Below are positions 13,375-25,247 of a stretch of 64,000 bases of DNA, one piece after another. The stretch covers positions 85,562,001-85,626,000 of the forward strand of contig NC_045696.1 in NCBI RefSeq assembly GCF_009834535.1. The letters are read 5' to 3'. Made by a program: the position numbers and the translations under genes. How positions within the stretch are numbered: the stretch's first letter is position 1; each line of letters starts with the position of its first letter. This DNA comes from Camelus ferus (Eukaryota). The notes under the pieces were generated by a model, which saw only the letters and a program-made list of their open reading frames with translations, had not been told where the DNA came from and ran no database searches.

Positions 13375-13891
13375 TACTACCCCTTCCATGTTACCTCTGA
13401 CTATGCTTCTCCACTCTGTACATATTAGTTACACTGGTTCTTCTTCAATTTCTCAAGCCACCAAGCTCATTCTTGTTGTTTTGGGCCTCTCCTGTGCCTA
13501 GAACTCTTTTCTCCCAGAACTTCATGGCGCTAACATTCTCATCAATCAGTTTGTTGCTTAAGGATCACATTCTCAGGTATGTTTTTCCTGAACAGTTTCT
13601 TTAATTCTTTAATTTAGACCAAATCCAAACTCTCTTTTTATTACATTATTCTGTTTTATTTTTTATCACAACCTGAAATGAATTAAATTTTCTACATATT
13701 TGCAGTCCTCTCCTCTCACAAAAAGAAAAAAAAAGAAAGAATAAAAACAATATTAAAACATGATCCTTGTTTGTTTCCCTCATCAGCATTATATCACAGA
13801 ATAGTACCTGACTTCTAGTAGGTCTTAATAAGATACTTATTAAAAAAAAATAAGAAGAAGATACTTATTGAATGAGTGAATGAATAAATGA
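13375..13891 (+). mobile_element. L2 LINE 3' region including its terminal (TGAA)n tail
   Basis: 'caccaagctcattctt...cctctcctgtgcctagaactcttttctcccaga' and 'agaatagtacctgacttctagtaggtcttaata...ttgaatgagtgaatgaataaatgaa'. Confidence 0.8.
13842..13857 (+). mobile_element. 16-bp A-rich micro-insertion flanked by a 12-bp direct repeat (probable tail-only retrotransposition)
   Basis: aagatacttatt (13830-13841) + aaaaaaaaataagaag + aagatacttatt (13858-13869); removing the insert and one repeat restores the L2 tail. Confidence 0.6.
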
Positions 13892-13999
13892 AGGATTATA
13901 TAGCCTGGCATCTAAAGCACATATTCTAGAGCAAAGGGAAGATTACTAATAGAAGTTAATAAAATTGTTAAATGTTATAGCAAACATTTGTTTAACTGT

Positions 14000-14335
14000 C
14001 ATAGAAACATAAAGAAGGAAACAATGTTCTGGTAATGGAAACTTAGATAATTCCACAAATGCATTAAATGCATAAGCTACACCTTAATAAAGGGATGATT
14101 ATGTAATTTTTATCCGTACCAGAATAGAGCAAAAGGGGACAACAGGCATAAACTGAAAAACAACAGATTGTGGGTGTGTGTGGAACAAGGCAGAGAAACT
14201 GAATAGGGGGAATATTTTGGCATAACATGGTGTCAAATTATAAAGTACATACAAAAGAATATAGATTTTATCCTACAGGTAAAAGGTTCTGTTAAAGACA
14301 GGGTATGGCAAGATGACATCTGTGTTTTTAAGATG
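14000..14335 (-). mobile_element. L2 LINE fragments
   Basis: 'aaagaatatagattttatcctacaggtaaa...gatgacatctgtgtttttaagat' is a typical antisense L2 segment. Confidence 0.5.
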
Positions 14336-15444
14336 CAGCTCAAACATTCAACATCTTTGCAAAACTTCCCTAAATTTCTATAAGCTTGCTTGAGAGAGGA
14401 AAGAATGTAGCTGAGTAGAAAGGGTTAAGATTTGAGAAATGAGATAAGGATGTGCTAGTGAGGTCACCCTTCTGCACAGCAAAATAATGCCTGCGCAGGT
14501 CTTCATCTACATCCAGGAGTCTTTAGATTGTGTTCAGAGCCGAGTTAAGATAAAGATGTGGAATTTCAGAGTTGAGTGGGAAAGGATGCAGAAGGAAGTG
14601 TCTTGGAGCTGAAATAAATGAGATAACACTGAAGACATCTCTTTTTAAGAAATACAATGCAAAAAAATCCCACAAACTATTTCAATAGAAAATCAGTATG
14701 AGAACACGTAGAAACCCAGAGTGTGTTCATCTATTTTAGACTTTCTCTGACAACAGCCAAACTAATTGGGTACATTGACACAATAAGTATTCAATATATT
14801 TTTATAGAACAATGAATATATAATGTTATTGGCCATTTCCAATATGGAACAAAACAAAACAAGCAAAACCAAAAGTAAGTCCTCTGCATTTTTAGTTAAA
14901 GTGATGAAAGAAGTGTAAATCTGACTTAGAGCTTTGCAAATTTCATGTTCTAGTTTAAACATCTTTTACTTAAAATTTCACTGGAATTAGTGCATAAATG
15001 CTACTAACAAGATAGATTTTCTTATAAGAATTTAGGATAGCTAAGCAAGAGAGGAATAAAAAAGAAAATATAAAGAGCATATTGGACTGTGTGCATTAGG
15101 TTGGGAAAGCAAGGCTCTCTATCACGGTATTTCATACCCCTAAGGAATGTTAGACTCTTTACAGGCTGGATATAAAGTGGTTCTTTCTCGTTCTGTTAAA
15201 ATGCAGAGTTATTCTGTTCTGTGCAAATAACTTTTTGCAATAATGGCTTTACAAGTGGAAGTGAAGAATAATTCATCTAATTGAAACTTAAAATGCTATA
15301 GATAGGCAGAAAGTAATTACCTATGTTACAAAGTACCCAGGTTCCTGAGAATAACATCCATATTTTTATGAAAAGTGCTATGAAATTATTCAAGACCATG
15401 AGCATCAGGACACCCATTTACATCTTATCTGCACCTCTCAGAGT

Positions 15445-15975
15445 TCTATGGGATGCATAAATAAGAGTAGAGTAAATAAGAACAGCAAGATAATCCTCCT
15501 ATTACATTCAGCACTGGTGAGATCCTACTGTGTTTCTACTTTCCCACTTCAGAGCTTAAGAAGAATGAAGAACATTCAGGAGAGAGAAAGAAAAATAATT
15601 GAAGGGTTAAAAAATGAGAATTCTAAGAAAGGTTTAAAAGATTTACATTATACTTAGGTTAGAGAAGAGCTGATTGAAAGGTCATTATTAATGGTCTTCA
15701 ATGAAGAGCTATTCTACGGATTGTGATGACCAGCTCTTTTTTGGTTTTGTTCAAAACATTTCAGAAAAAAAATGAATTCTAATAGCAAAACAAGGGGAGA
15801 AAGAAGCTTTTGACAACGGAAAAGGCTGTTCAACACTAAATGGGTTCCCAAGGGGATTTCAGAACATTGTAAATGTGGAATTTAAAAAAAAATAGAATTT
15901 TAAATATATGAGGCTTTGAGGTCAAAGGAAGGACAAGATGACCTTTTAAGATGATTTCCATGACTGAAATTCAAA
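15445..15975 (+). mobile_element. L3/CR1 LINE 3' fragment with decayed ORF2 C-terminus
   Basis: ORF 15448-15657 MGCINKS...IILLLHSALVRSYC...IQERERKIIEGLKN aligns to CR1 ORF2 LGCIRRS...VILPLYSALVRPHLEYC...VQRRATKMIRGLE; followed by 'tagagaagagctgattgaaagg' (LEKRRLRG) and a CR1-like 3' end 'ggacaagatgaccttttaagat'. Confidence 0.85.
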
Positions 15976-16387
15976 GTCTGTATTACAGAAGAAGACAGGA
16001 TGTCCATTATTCACTAAGACAGATTGTGTAGATAGGGGAAGCAAAAGTAAGTACAAACTCAGACAAATGTGGCATCTCTTCTTGAAGATATTTACCTAAT
16101 TTGATTGTACAAAGTTTTTCTTCATATGAGAATGAAGGAAACACTTCTACTTGACACACACATACACATGCACACATTTGTATACATATGCATACTCTTC
16201 AAAAAAAAGAGAAAATAATTGTTTCCCACAATGAGAATTTTTCCTCTCAAGATGAGCTCCTGCCTGATTCATATGAGATGGAATCTTCTACATTGTATTA
16301 ATGCAGAAATAAAGAGGAAAATTTTGTAGAACTGCTGACTTAATCCTTTGGTGGCAGTGTGGAAAAGTTTTGGATTGAGAATATAGA

Positions 16388-16576
16388 ACAAGGTTTGTAA
16401 ACTTTAGTGTGCATAGAAATCATCCACAGATTTGTTTAAAATGCACATCCATGACACAAGCCTTCAGAGATTCTGAGTCAGCTGGTCTTACGTGGACTTA
16501 GGAATCTGCATTTCCAGTAACAGCTCAGGTAATTCTGATACAGGTTTCTGAGGGCTACAATGGTCTAGAAACTTTG
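16388..16576. mobile_element. MER5A/B (hAT-Charlie MITE)
   Basis: 'aaactttagtgtgcatagaaatcatc...cagagattctgagtcag...aggaatctgcattt...caggtaattctgatacagg' is colinear with MER5; TSD not preserved. Confidence 0.85.
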
Positions 16577-16964
16577 ATTCTGGTTCTTGTATACAATTAT
16601 TCAATATTTTTGTTCTAATAACAATACATAGTTAAGTTGGAGATAAAGTTATAAAGTCATAATAGAAAAATCACGTGTAATCAAAATCATCCTTGAAGCT
16701 CCCATAAATCACCCATAAATTACAGTATGATGGTGTGGGGTATAAAATCTTAAATAGTAGCGTAAACACACCCTATGGCCTAAGATGTACCTAGATAGAC
16801 CAAGGCATATTAATTATTTGTCAATTCTGTTTGTCAAAGCATTACTATTCACACCAGACTGCCATTAAGATTTAATAATTTATAACTGTGAATATGGAAT
16901 CAGTAGATAATTCCAAAATGACTATGCTTGTCAACAAATTTTAATATTGACCCTATGTAACCAT

Positions 16965-17062
16965 ACGTTAATAGTGCTAAATGTAGTTGCAAGGATTAAA
17001 TGAGATAGTAAAAGTGGAAGTACCTAATCCGGGGTTGGGTGCATTGAAGATGCTCAATAAAT
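16965..17062 (+). mobile_element. MIR 3' fragment
   Basis: 'gttgcaaggattaaatgagatagtaaaagtggaagtaccta...tgctcaataaat'. Confidence 0.65.
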
Positions 17063-17524
17063 CTTTTGTCTAAATCTGAAATTAAATTTTTCTGTTACCA
17101 CAACAGCTTTTTTTTTTCTTTGAAAAGCTGTGGAGAAGTACTTGGCAACTAGATTATCAATACTCCAACTTTGTGTTCCCTAAGATAATTTCTCCTCCGC
17201 CATTAGCTCTTTAATGCAAAAAGGACTGGTCTCATGACATTTTGGGGTCTTACCACAGAGTTAGATTATAAAAGCAGTTGATAAATTAAATGCTGTTTGA
17301 TATTACTTGTCTGTATTACCATTTGGTTTGAGTCTGAGTTTTCTGTTAGAGGGTTTGTACTATATGGATTCAAAATTTTATTCCCAGCTTTAAATTTTCA
17401 TGCTTCTATATCGTTTTTACATTCTTTTTTGTTTTTGTTTTCTCCCAGGATACAAACTCCAGGTGACCACTTATAGTGCCCTCTCAGGCAATTCACTTCC
17501 TCATTCTGAACCAGAAATCAAAAG

Positions 17525-17760
17525 GTAGTTCAGAAAAGTGGTTAAACTCATGGTTATGAAAATCATTCACCCTTGGATTCGAAACTGGCTCTGACATTTA
17601 GTAATTGTGTAAGCATTTATTAAAATTCCCAAACTTATTTTTCTTGGTTTAAATGGGTAAAATAGTACATACCCTTCACAGGTTTTAAAAAAATCAAATA
17701 CTGCATATAAAGGACTTACTATGATGCCTGGCATAAAGTAAGCACTGACAAAGTGATAGA
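17525..17760 (+). mobile_element. MIR SINE, near full length
   Basis: 'agtggttaa...ggattcgaaactggctctgacattta...aaatgggtaaaatagtac...tgcctggcataaagtaagcact'. Confidence 0.8.
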
Positions 17761-18429
17761 TGTTAGTTTAGCTGTCCTCATACTGAAATGGTCATTATCA
17801 TCGCTCCTAAATCTGCCTTCTTTCTAAATTTTGTTTACATAGAAATAAAAAACAAATACTGAAAAATTATGAAAAATAACTACAAGAGTGGAATGTCAGC
17901 AATTCATTAATTAGGATCTTGTTTATACTTGTTAACAACAAAGCTCATCTAAGTAAACAAAGGCCTCTCAAATATTAAGATAAATTATGCTTGTATATTA
18001 CAAATATTTGAAATGCACATATCACATTTTTCCTATAGAAAGCAGGTTTTAGAGAAGCATTCATCTTCTGTTCATAGGTGATCATCTCTCTTAAAGTAAT
18101 TTACATACGAAATAAATTTGATAATAGCCTGACCCTACCCTTACATTAGCCCTGTTTCTAAGGAAATAAATTTGGTCATTTGCATTAATAATAACATGGC
18201 CTTTCTAGCATAAATTATAATGGAACTCAAGCAGAGAAACAATACAAGCCAGTAGCATTCTGTATTTTCTTTTCTGGTTGATCAAGTGATGACTTTTTTT
18301 TTTAATTTTGAAGTTTATTACAAAACAATAAGATGTTTTCCCAAGTTTGGAGGGCAAAATACTTTTGCAACTTAGTTTAAAATTCAAAGATTGCTTTTGC
18401 AACAAAGAAAATTTAAGAAAACACTTCAG

Positions 18430-18526
18430 GGGAGAGGGTAATGAGCTCAGTGGTAGAGTGCCTGCTTAGTATGCATGAGGTCATAGGTTCAATCCCCAGT
18501 ACCTTCATTTAATTAAAAAAAAAAAA
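18430..18526 (+). mobile_element. Vic-1-type tRNA-derived camelid SINE (short form) with poly(A) and 15-bp TSD
   Basis: A box gagctcagtggt, B box ggttcaatccc, poly(A); exact TSD aagaaaacacttcag at 18415-18429 and 18527-18541; the pre-insertion site ttt/aaga fits L1 endonuclease preference. Confidence 0.92.
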
Positions 18527-19279
18527 AAGAAAACACTTCAGAATTTTATTAAATATATTATATAATTTCTAATGCTTATTTCACATAAGCAATGATAAAT
18601 AAACCCTATTATTCATTCTCATTAAGAAAAGGGGTTTTCAATTTTCATATATCTGGTTGCTATGAAGTTTTCATATATTTATATGTGACTTATATAGTTT
18701 CATAGAATTAGCATACATCAATATATACTAAATCTAATTTGAGCACTACTTAATCACTAAAGCTTTAGAAAGCAATTGATATTCTAGTGCTCTGGGTTAT
18801 TAAAAAATCAGTAATAATTGTAACTAGGAATTTCTATTTAATAGAATCCTAAGGAGTACTGTTCATAAGTCTACTTTTTCAACTTTTTCAATTTACTCAA
18901 TTTTCCTTTTTTTCAGTCAATATTCTAAACTCATTAATTCCAGTCTCAGTAAATCCAGTCTCCAATTCTTTCCATTCCCTCTTTAACATTTCCATCAGGC
19001 TTTCTTCAAGGTCTCTTTTCATTCCTACTATAAGCACATAAAAGAGTCAATTTTAAACAAATCAAAGAAAAGAGGGAAGAAAAGCTTTTAATTTTCTTTC
19101 TCTTCCTCTGCTCACTGGTTTTCTAGCAGTGACAAAACTCTTCCAGACATGATATATGCCCATTATTTCCTCATACCATCAACCCATCTATTATCTTTTC
19201 AATGCTTGAAATCTGGTTGCCTTTCCAGAATCTTCTTTCTCAAAAGTTTCTATTCTTATTGCTGGTTTAATCTGCCAAA

Positions 19280-19600
19280 AGCACTGCTATTGTTTCTTGT
19301 CCACTAATCTGCAATAGTGTCCTGTTGCTCATTGCATCAAGTGCAAACTTTTCTGTCTCGCTTTCAAGAGTTGCCATGATCTAATTTAACCTATCCTATC
19401 CAAGGCTGGATGAGCAGTTATTCTCTAATATACATTCACAGTTAGAGTCAAGCCAGTATTTTCACCATCTCCTCTACACATAATATTTCTTTCTTAAACT
19501 TTCCCTTTCTTAATGTTCTTTCTCTCTTGAATATTCTTTACCATTTTATATCTAGATTTCCTTCCTGGCCAGAATGATGTATCATCATCTTCAAGGACAT
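19280..19600 (+). mobile_element. L2 LINE fragments
   Basis: 'tgcaatagtgtcctgttgctcattgcatcaagtgcaaacttttctgtctcgctttcaagagttgccatgatct' resembles L2. Confidence 0.45.
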
Positions 19601-22600
19601 CACCATTTACTCAAGTTCTCACTTATATTTTATACTCTTGAATTTACACAGCATTAAGTTGCTACCTGTTTTACTTTAATAGCAATTAACTCCTAATTAT
19701 TTCTTTAATCAAATTGTGGAAATAATTATTTTTTTACCCTTTGTTTCATTCTTTCTTTTATCTAAATGAACCGTAAGCTCCACATGGTGGAAGAAACAAC
19801 TCTGTTGGCTTCAGTCTATATACATTAGGGCCATCATTCATATAGATAAAGACGTGAAAATGACTCCCTTGATTTTTGAGGAGAAAAGCCCACACTGTCA
19901 TAGAAGTGGCCCTATAGTCATAGAAGATTTATTTAAATATATGTTTCTTACTTTTAAAAAACATATTTTACTGTATTTGGGGCAAAGTCCAATTATAGAT
20001 GAAATATCGCCATATAATTACAAATATTCAAATACATAAAATGATTTATATGCACATGCACATGCACATGTTTCTGTATATGTTTCTGCTTCAATATCCA
20101 TGGATGCACTATTTAGAAACAGAAAATAATATACTAATTTAAAGCTCCTTCAACAATAGATCTTAAGATTTTGTAAATTTTGAGCATAGGTCAGCAGCTA
20201 CTGCAACCTCTGCTCCCAACATGGAGCTATTCATACTATAAAGGAGGCTAGAATTCCTTCTTTGCAGACTGCAGTCATTCCTAATAGGAGAATAAGGAGA
20301 TCCTGAACTTACCCTTCCCTCTCTAGCCCATCTCAGGTTCAGAAACATTACTAGGAGCATTTATCCACAATCAGTGATTTAGGAGAAATAAAAAAATGTG
20401 CCAGTTAGGGGAGACTTACACTATAAGAGATTTGAGTGGTCTAAGAGAATTGATGGTTTCCTAGGTGAGTAATTTCTTGCCAGAAACTACCTCGAGCATA
20501 GAGGGAAATAAATTCCATTGCTAATAATAATAAATTACACACATAATTTTAAAGTACTCATCTTTTTAACAAAATATGTATGTTCTTTCTATATGTTTTG
20601 CCAACTATTTGGAAATATAAACTATTAACATATAAACTAATATAAATGTCTCTGGTCTTGGGTTCATTTTCTTAAAACAGAATTTGGCATCCTTTTTCAC
20701 ATTTTCTGGTAAAGTAATGTAGATCTGAATTAACATTTCTCTAATAATATGAATACATTATATTGATAGTGCTATTAGAATACAGACATGAAAATGGCAG
20801 TCTCATTATAACTATTCATAAAGATAATGCATATCATTTTCTAATATTTAAGGGAGTATCATTTGATATACACATTTGAATTCAGAGAGATTTATGCCTG
20901 TATAAGGATTATATCAGACCTTTATTATGTTTTGTTCTATTGTATGAATTTTATCAAAGACATTATTTCAGTGGGTTATAATTCTTTTAATAATGCATTA
21001 ACATTTCAAATAAGGAACACATTGTGACACTTTGTGGAACTCAGCCTATTTCTTTACAGGAAAAAAAAAATTAGGAATGGAGGAAAACTTTCAATCTTTT
21101 GTTAATCCAGAAAAATCAAATGAGAAATAGGATCCTTAACTTGTTCTTAAAGAGGAAATTCTGCTTCTGGGAGGGTTTGGTTCAGGGATAAATAAGGACA
21201 TCCTGTTCTGGTGGGCAGGCTGTTCCTTGTCAGATACAAATGATCCAATGAGAATAAAGAAGGAGATGATTAAAGGGAAAAAATTTTGGCCTGTCATGAG
21301 GCTCAAGTACTGCCTCAGACCTCCTGCTGTTTAGAGCCTGCATTTATGCTCTGAAGTTGAGCAACCTTTACCAGCACTTCTCTGTAGGGTTTAGGCTGTT
21401 GTGGAAATTGGAGAGTTAATCTGAGAAAACAGGAATGCAGGGATGCCTCAGAGCAAAAGAGGATCTGCCTTCTGCACACGCACACAAAAGAGAAGATTGC
21501 TTTTAAATTAATACAGTCTTTTCTGTAGCAAGTCTTTCTTTCTAGCTCCAACTCACAAGCTCCAAATCACCTATTTTTTTCCCCTTTGGCTATTTGGGGT
21601 TTCCTCATTGTTTTGCACTGTAGGAAAACAAAAATAAAAACAAACTAGGCATTCAAGTAATACTCACCCCTTGAAAATAAATGAGCATCACCTTATGATA
21701 CACCTTCTAATGAATTCATCAATTTAGCTTACATTTCTATTGGAAATTACAACATGTCAACTATGAAAAATGCCATTTATTTACAAAGCAAATTGTTTAC
21801 ATTACAAACAGACTTAGAAAGAGAAGCTATTCCACAACTTGGAATTCAATAAAATGAGAGATTCCACCATATATTGGTAGCATGGAAGCAAACCACAACC
21901 AATTTTGCAATAGCTTTATATTCAAACACAGCTATAGTAAATGTCAGACCTTACCTTCAGGCCAACTTCAATGTAGTATTTATTACTAACACTAAAAACA
22001 ACAACAACCTGAATAAATAGGATGCATTTTCTTCCTAGGATCTCAAAGTGCTTCTCCTAAATTATCTCATTTATTCTCATGACATTTCTGTAAGGAAAAG
22101 AAAGCAGATATTGTAGGTAATCTTAGTCTATGCTTTAGAACAACTTCGAGAGGATCCTGTCACATTCTGGCACTGAAACCTGCAGGCTTAGCGCCAAGTG
22201 GCTGCATGCCTGGTAGGCCGGCAGCAGCTGGGCTCTCCAATGGACATCTTGGAGCTGGGGGAAGGGTTGGCTTTATAAGAGGGTAGAGAAGGTGATTATC
22301 CAAGACAGTGTGCTTGAGGGATGCTTGGAATATATGCTAATATATGAAAGCACCCCCTACCAAAGCACAATATGTGTTGATGTATGAAATCTCATTATTA
22401 TTTGGAGTTTGGCAATAATATCCTGCTTATGTCTAAGTACTGCCCTACAAGTTACATATTCACTTAGGAATAGCTATAAATATCTTAGCATAAATTTCAC
22501 CAATACTTCCATTAACTGCTAGTTTACAATGGAAGAGAACCGCATCAATTAGGTTTGGATAGGCAAGATAAAATTAATATTTTCATAAGAATTTCATAAT

Positions 22601-23761
22601 TAAGCTGTCATTTATGATCTTCACAATGTAATAGGTCAGATAGAGAGAAACCAAAAAGAACCAAGGATGTTCAGGCATTGGTAGGACTCCAGAATTCCAG
22701 AGAGGTGTCAGGAAAGCCTAGGAAGGAGTATTGTAAGTAAGGAGAAGAGTTATCCAAAGGAAAGGTGATGAAGACAAAACTGGAATATCTTTCATAATAT
22801 TGCATATCATTAGAGCTAAAAGTGACATGCCTATAACTCTGGGTTTTGTATATTGTTCCAGACTTTATGCTTCAGTGCTAAACTACTTACCCAGAGTCAC
22901 TACAGAGATTTTTCTCTCTTATGAGAGGACCAAGTATATAAGTAAAATAAAGAGTGTCCAAGGAATTTTGGCTCACCCTCTGGGCCCAAAAGCAAATTTC
23001 TGGAAGTTTGCCAGAACAAAGTGACACTCCTAGAGAACATAACTTACAGTAGCCACCATCCAAGAGGAATTAGTTACAGAAACTTAGTCGACTATCATTG
23101 AGATTACCCCAAATATTACAAGATTATTTTGAGTATAGTCAAAAAGATAATCTTAGCCTTATTTAAACTATAGAGAGTCAATACATGAAAGGTTAAATAT
23201 ATACAAAACTAAGTCAACCTTTCCACTTAGTACAAGAAGAAATTTCACATTGCTATACCCATTTTACAAATGAGGACAGGACACTCATCGAGGAGAAAGA
23301 AGTAACTTGTTTCCTGTCTGTCAAAAGCTAGTTTATTTCTTAGTCCAGAAAATACAGATTTTTAAAAATTTCTTTGCTATTTTTACTGAATGATAGAGCA
23401 TTTTTTTCTCATGCTGTCAAGCTTTCCTCACACTTAATTTCCCTCAATTCCTTCCCTAATATTTCCCTTCTACAATTACCTTTCTTTAAAGTCCAAAGAA
23501 ACTGACATAAATTAAACTGGAAATCTCCTTAGGCAGGCTCTCTAGAGACAAACTATATTACCATTTCAAGTGTTCAGTAGAATGATACACCTTTGATGTT
23601 AAGTATGGCTTTTCTCCCAACCCCATAATAATATTTTAAACTTTTATTTAGCCACGGGCTTGCATTCTGGCTCACCATCTTGTTAGTTATGTCATACAGA
23701 GGCTACAATTTAGGGTTTCTGAATGTAAGTTAGCACACATGCTGAAATGGGGGGAAATCAG

Positions 23762-23990
23762 GGTGATATGATGACCAAAGCTTTAAGTTTGTAAAGAGGA
23801 GAATGGGATTTAAGTACTAGTTATATCATTTAGGAGCTGTTGGCTTCAGACAAGTCATTTAAAGTCTGTGAACTGCAATATTTTCCTATGAAAAACATGG
23901 AAAATATGTTTTGTTTTCATTATGAGACTGTTATAAGAAAAAAGATACATAAATGTGTTTGAGAGCATTTTTAAATATAAAGCTTTATCA
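23762..23990 (+). mobile_element. MIR-family SINE (diverged)
   Basis: 'tgggatttaagtactag...agctgttggcttcagacaagtcatttaaagtctgtgaactgcaa' is the MIR head and core. Confidence 0.6.
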
Positions 23991-25123
23991 GTGTGGGTTT
24001 ATCATATGTTAATTACTCTGCTAGGTACTTTCTAAGCTAAAGATAGAAAGAATACAGCATTGGTCTCTGTCCTCTAGGTTCTTACAAGCATCCAAAAAAG
24101 GAGATTTAGTGAGAAAAATTAGGTAATACAATAAAGTTAAACTTAGAATGTTAACAAATGTATAAAGTCTTGGTATCAGGGCAGTGTTCAGCTGGGTCAT
24201 CTTCTTTAGTGTATAAAATCTAGTATTAATAGTTATCACAAAATCACAAATTCCTGTAGCTTTGGAAAATGACTCTCTCATTAAATAATGCTTATATACA
24301 TCTGTAGTTTTTGTGCAAAGGCTTTTTTTTCCCCCTAGTTACATAAAAATCTAGAAGTGATCTTTCTCACTTTGATATCTATCTGTCAGTTTCTGGGACT
24401 CACTGTGCTGGAACACTATCTCAGACCATCGACATTTCCAGGTTTTTAGCATTTATTGTTCCTGACATCTGTTGGGGCCATCTCCTCTACTTGCTTTCAG
24501 CCCCTGTGTATTAAACTACTCAGGCATTCATTTATTAGTAGCTAAACCAGAGTTAGTGAAATTCTGCAGATATTATGAGATCAGCATCCATCGAAGCAGC
24601 TGTGTTGAGTTTTTGCCACAGGGTGTTGCATTGATTATTAGCTGGGATGAATCCCAAAATACTGTGTTCTCTAGAGAACCAGAACATGCTTTCGAACCCA
24701 GAGGAGATGAGATAGCAGAGCTGTTACAAAATTATAATTTATCTGCAGAATGAATGCATTCATTTTTGGCAAAAAGACCATCTTTAGTTTCTTTTATTTT
24801 TTTTTAAAGTAAAGCTTTATGAAGAATTAAGTGTAAACCCATTTGCTTCTATAATTTAAATATACTTGCTTTAGGGTGCTTGGAAAATTTTCCTTAAGGC
24901 TCTTTGTAATATATTTGTCCATTCCATTTACATTATAGGATTCTTAAAATCATAACATTAAAAGACTATCTATCTAGTCATTTGCCTCTTATTTTCACAG
25001 AAGAAAATAAGGCTTATAATGTAGTGACTCCAAGACTACAGTCTAGTTAGTAGAAATCTGTTTTCTAATGTCTAGTGAACATTGGTTTTACTGCAAAATG
25101 CTGCCTCCCTATGGACAGGGATC

Positions 25124-25247
25124 TTTTTTTTTTTTCGGTGGGGGAGGTAATTAAGTTTATCTATTTATTTATTTTAATGGAGATATTGCAGATTGAACCC
25201 AGGACTTTGTGCATGCCAAGCATGCACTCTACCCCCCATCCCCACCG
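25124..25247 (-). mobile_element. Vic-1-type camelid SINE (long form); A box deleted
   Basis: Reverse complement reads ...ggtagagtgcatgcttggcatgcacaaagtcctgggttcaatctgcaatatctccattaaaataaataaatagataaacttaattacctccccc...(A)n; imperfect TSD cagggatctttt / caggatcatttt. Confidence 0.88.

Noticed and set aside
17103..17131. Hairpin acagctttt...aaaagctgt with a T run, superficially terminator-like
   Set aside because: Eukaryotic context and a short stem partly made of A/T runs; intrinsic terminators do not apply.
18430..18503. tRNA-like sequence with A and B boxes
   Set aside because: Poly(A) tail, TSD and an imperfect acceptor stem show it is a SINE, not a tRNA gene.
24472..24753. 93-aa ORF over the palindrome cluster
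   Set aside because: Non-ATG start and no recognisable domain; the length is within chance expectation.
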